DNA of 64,000 bases from Escherichia coli (GTDB lineage Bacteria > Pseudomonadota > Gammaproteobacteria > Enterobacterales > Enterobacteriaceae): the NCBI RefSeq assembly GCF_044324785.1, contig NZ_CP172127.1. The stretch is one strand, 5' to 3'. Under the pieces are notes generated by a model. The model was not told where the DNA came from. It saw nothing but the letters and a program-made list of their open reading frames with translations, and ran no database searches. A program made the translations under genes and the position numbers. Positions 62,883-64,000 of the stretch are shown piece after piece (position 1 is the first letter of the stretch; each line of letters begins with the position of its first letter).

Positions 62883-64000
62883 TGAATGCTGGCAACATAG
62901 TAGATGCTTTCGTATCTGACTCGAAATGGAACTCAGTACCAGCTAAACGTTTATTTACGAGTAGCAAAGAAATCAATCAAGGAATGAAAGAATCTAATCG
63001 TCTTGCACTAACAATGAAAGGTGTCATAAACCGCTCGTTAGACGATTTACAAGGACTTCAATCTTCTGATTACTCTGTTTATCAGATTTTTGAAAAAGAT
63101 GACTTAGTTTTTAAGCTCATAGATCTTGAAAATATAAAGACTAGCCGAGTGGGGATTGTGCATGAACGAGGAATAATGAGCCCTGCATACATCCGTGTTT
63201 CAGCGAGTTCAAATAGCATCTACCCAAGGTTCTATTACTGGTACTTTTTTGCTCTATACCTAACCAATATTTATAACAAACTGGGTGGAGGAGTTCGTCA
63301 GAACCTAACAGCTGGTGATCTTTTAGAAATACCTGTTCCACTGATTGATATTTCATTACAGAAGCAGGTTAGCACATTCCTTGATCGCGAAACCCAGCGC
63401 ATCGACAGTCTGATCGAGGAAAAGCAGACCTTTATTAAGCTGCTCAAAGAAAAACGCCAAGCACTGATCAGCCATGTGGTCACAAAGGGGCTCTATCCCA
63501 ATGTGGAGATGCAGGACTCTGGCATCGAGTGGATTGGGCAAGTGCCGAAGCATTGGGAAGTCAAAAAGATAAAGCATATTTGCTCCAACTTTATGTATGG
63601 AACCTCTCAAGACTGTAACCAGTCTGATGTTGGCTATCCTGTTCTCAGGATACCAAACATCAAGAGTACCAATGTTGATTTTGAAGATCTCAAATATGCA
63701 AATATCAGTGATGTTGATGCTTTAACTTATCTTTTATCAAGAGGCGACATTTTAGTCATCAGAACTAACGGTAACCCTAATCTGGTCGGCCAAAGCGCGC
63801 TTTTTGATTCAAATGGGCAGTATTTATTTGCGTCGTACCTAATAAAGTTAACACCAAAGCAAGGAGTGGATACTAGCTTCTTAGTGGAAGCGATGAACTC
63901 ACTATCTGTTCGTCAAGCATTAACATTTCAGTCAAGAACATCGGTAGGTAACTACAACCTGAGCATTCCTTCACTAGCTAATACAAGTATTGCTATCCCA
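62882..64000 (+). CDS. hsdS: Type I restriction-modification specificity subunit HsdS, 5' partial (runs off the window end)
   Basis: Open frame from ATG 62882 to the window end (373 codons, manual translation); first variable target-recognition domain, conserved central segment FLDRETQRIDSLIEEKQTFIKLLKEKRQALISHVVTKGL, then a second variable domain. Confidence 0.8.
   Translation, partial: MNAGNIVDAFVSDSKWNSVPAKRLFTSSKEINQGMKESNRLALTMKGVINRSLDDLQGLQSSDYSVYQIFEKDDLVFKLIDLENIKTSRVGIVHERGIMSPAYIRVSASSNSIYPRFYYWYFFALYLTNIYNKLGGGVRQNLTAGDLLEIPVPLIDISLQKQVSTFLDRETQRIDSLIEEKQTFIKLLKEKRQALISHVVTKGLYPNVEMQDSGIEWIGQVPKHWEVKKIKHICSNFMYGTSQDCNQSDVGYPVLRIPNIKSTNVDFEDLKYANISDVDALTYLLSRGDILVIRTNGNPNLVGQSALFDSNGQYLFASYLIKLTPKQGVDTSFLVEAMNSLSVRQALTFQSRTSVGNYNLSIPSLANTSIAIP

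Noticed and set aside
62882-64000. Treating hsdS as a complete gene
   Set aside because: No stop codon occurs before the window end, so it is reported as 5' partial; the second recognition domain is incomplete.

Overview
This window reads as an Escherichia coli-type chromosome segment. Positions 1-47403 are conserved backbone, syntenic with the K-12 yjfJ-rlmB-rnr-purA-hflKC-hfq-miaA-mutL-amiB / tRNA-Gly x3 / orn-rsgA-psd-mscM / frdABCD-ampC-blc-gdx-ecnAB-efp / groSL / aspA-dcuA-cutA-dsbD-yjdC interval, ending at a tRNA-Phe gene. From 47404 to the window end lies a mosaic accessory island: a P4-type tyrosine integrase, a complete raffinose operon (rafR, rafA, rafB, rafD, rafY), a 66-bp IS1 end interrupted by a complete IS2, a divergent cytochrome b562-like gene, a complete IS1, and an AT-rich module made of a RelB/DinJ-like protein with an uncharacterised C-terminal extension followed by type I restriction-modification hsdM and a 5'-partial hsdS. 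The most plausible candidate for something undescribed is that RelB/DinJ-fusion gene together with the hsdM-hsdS pair (60330-64000), followed by the b562-like gene trapped between IS copies. Gene identities come from recognising the translated ORFs and signature motifs; no database search was run. Coordinates of IS ends, tRNAs and small motifs come from manual indexing and may be off by 1-2 bp. Many true starts lie inside the supplied ORFs, which include alternative start codons.
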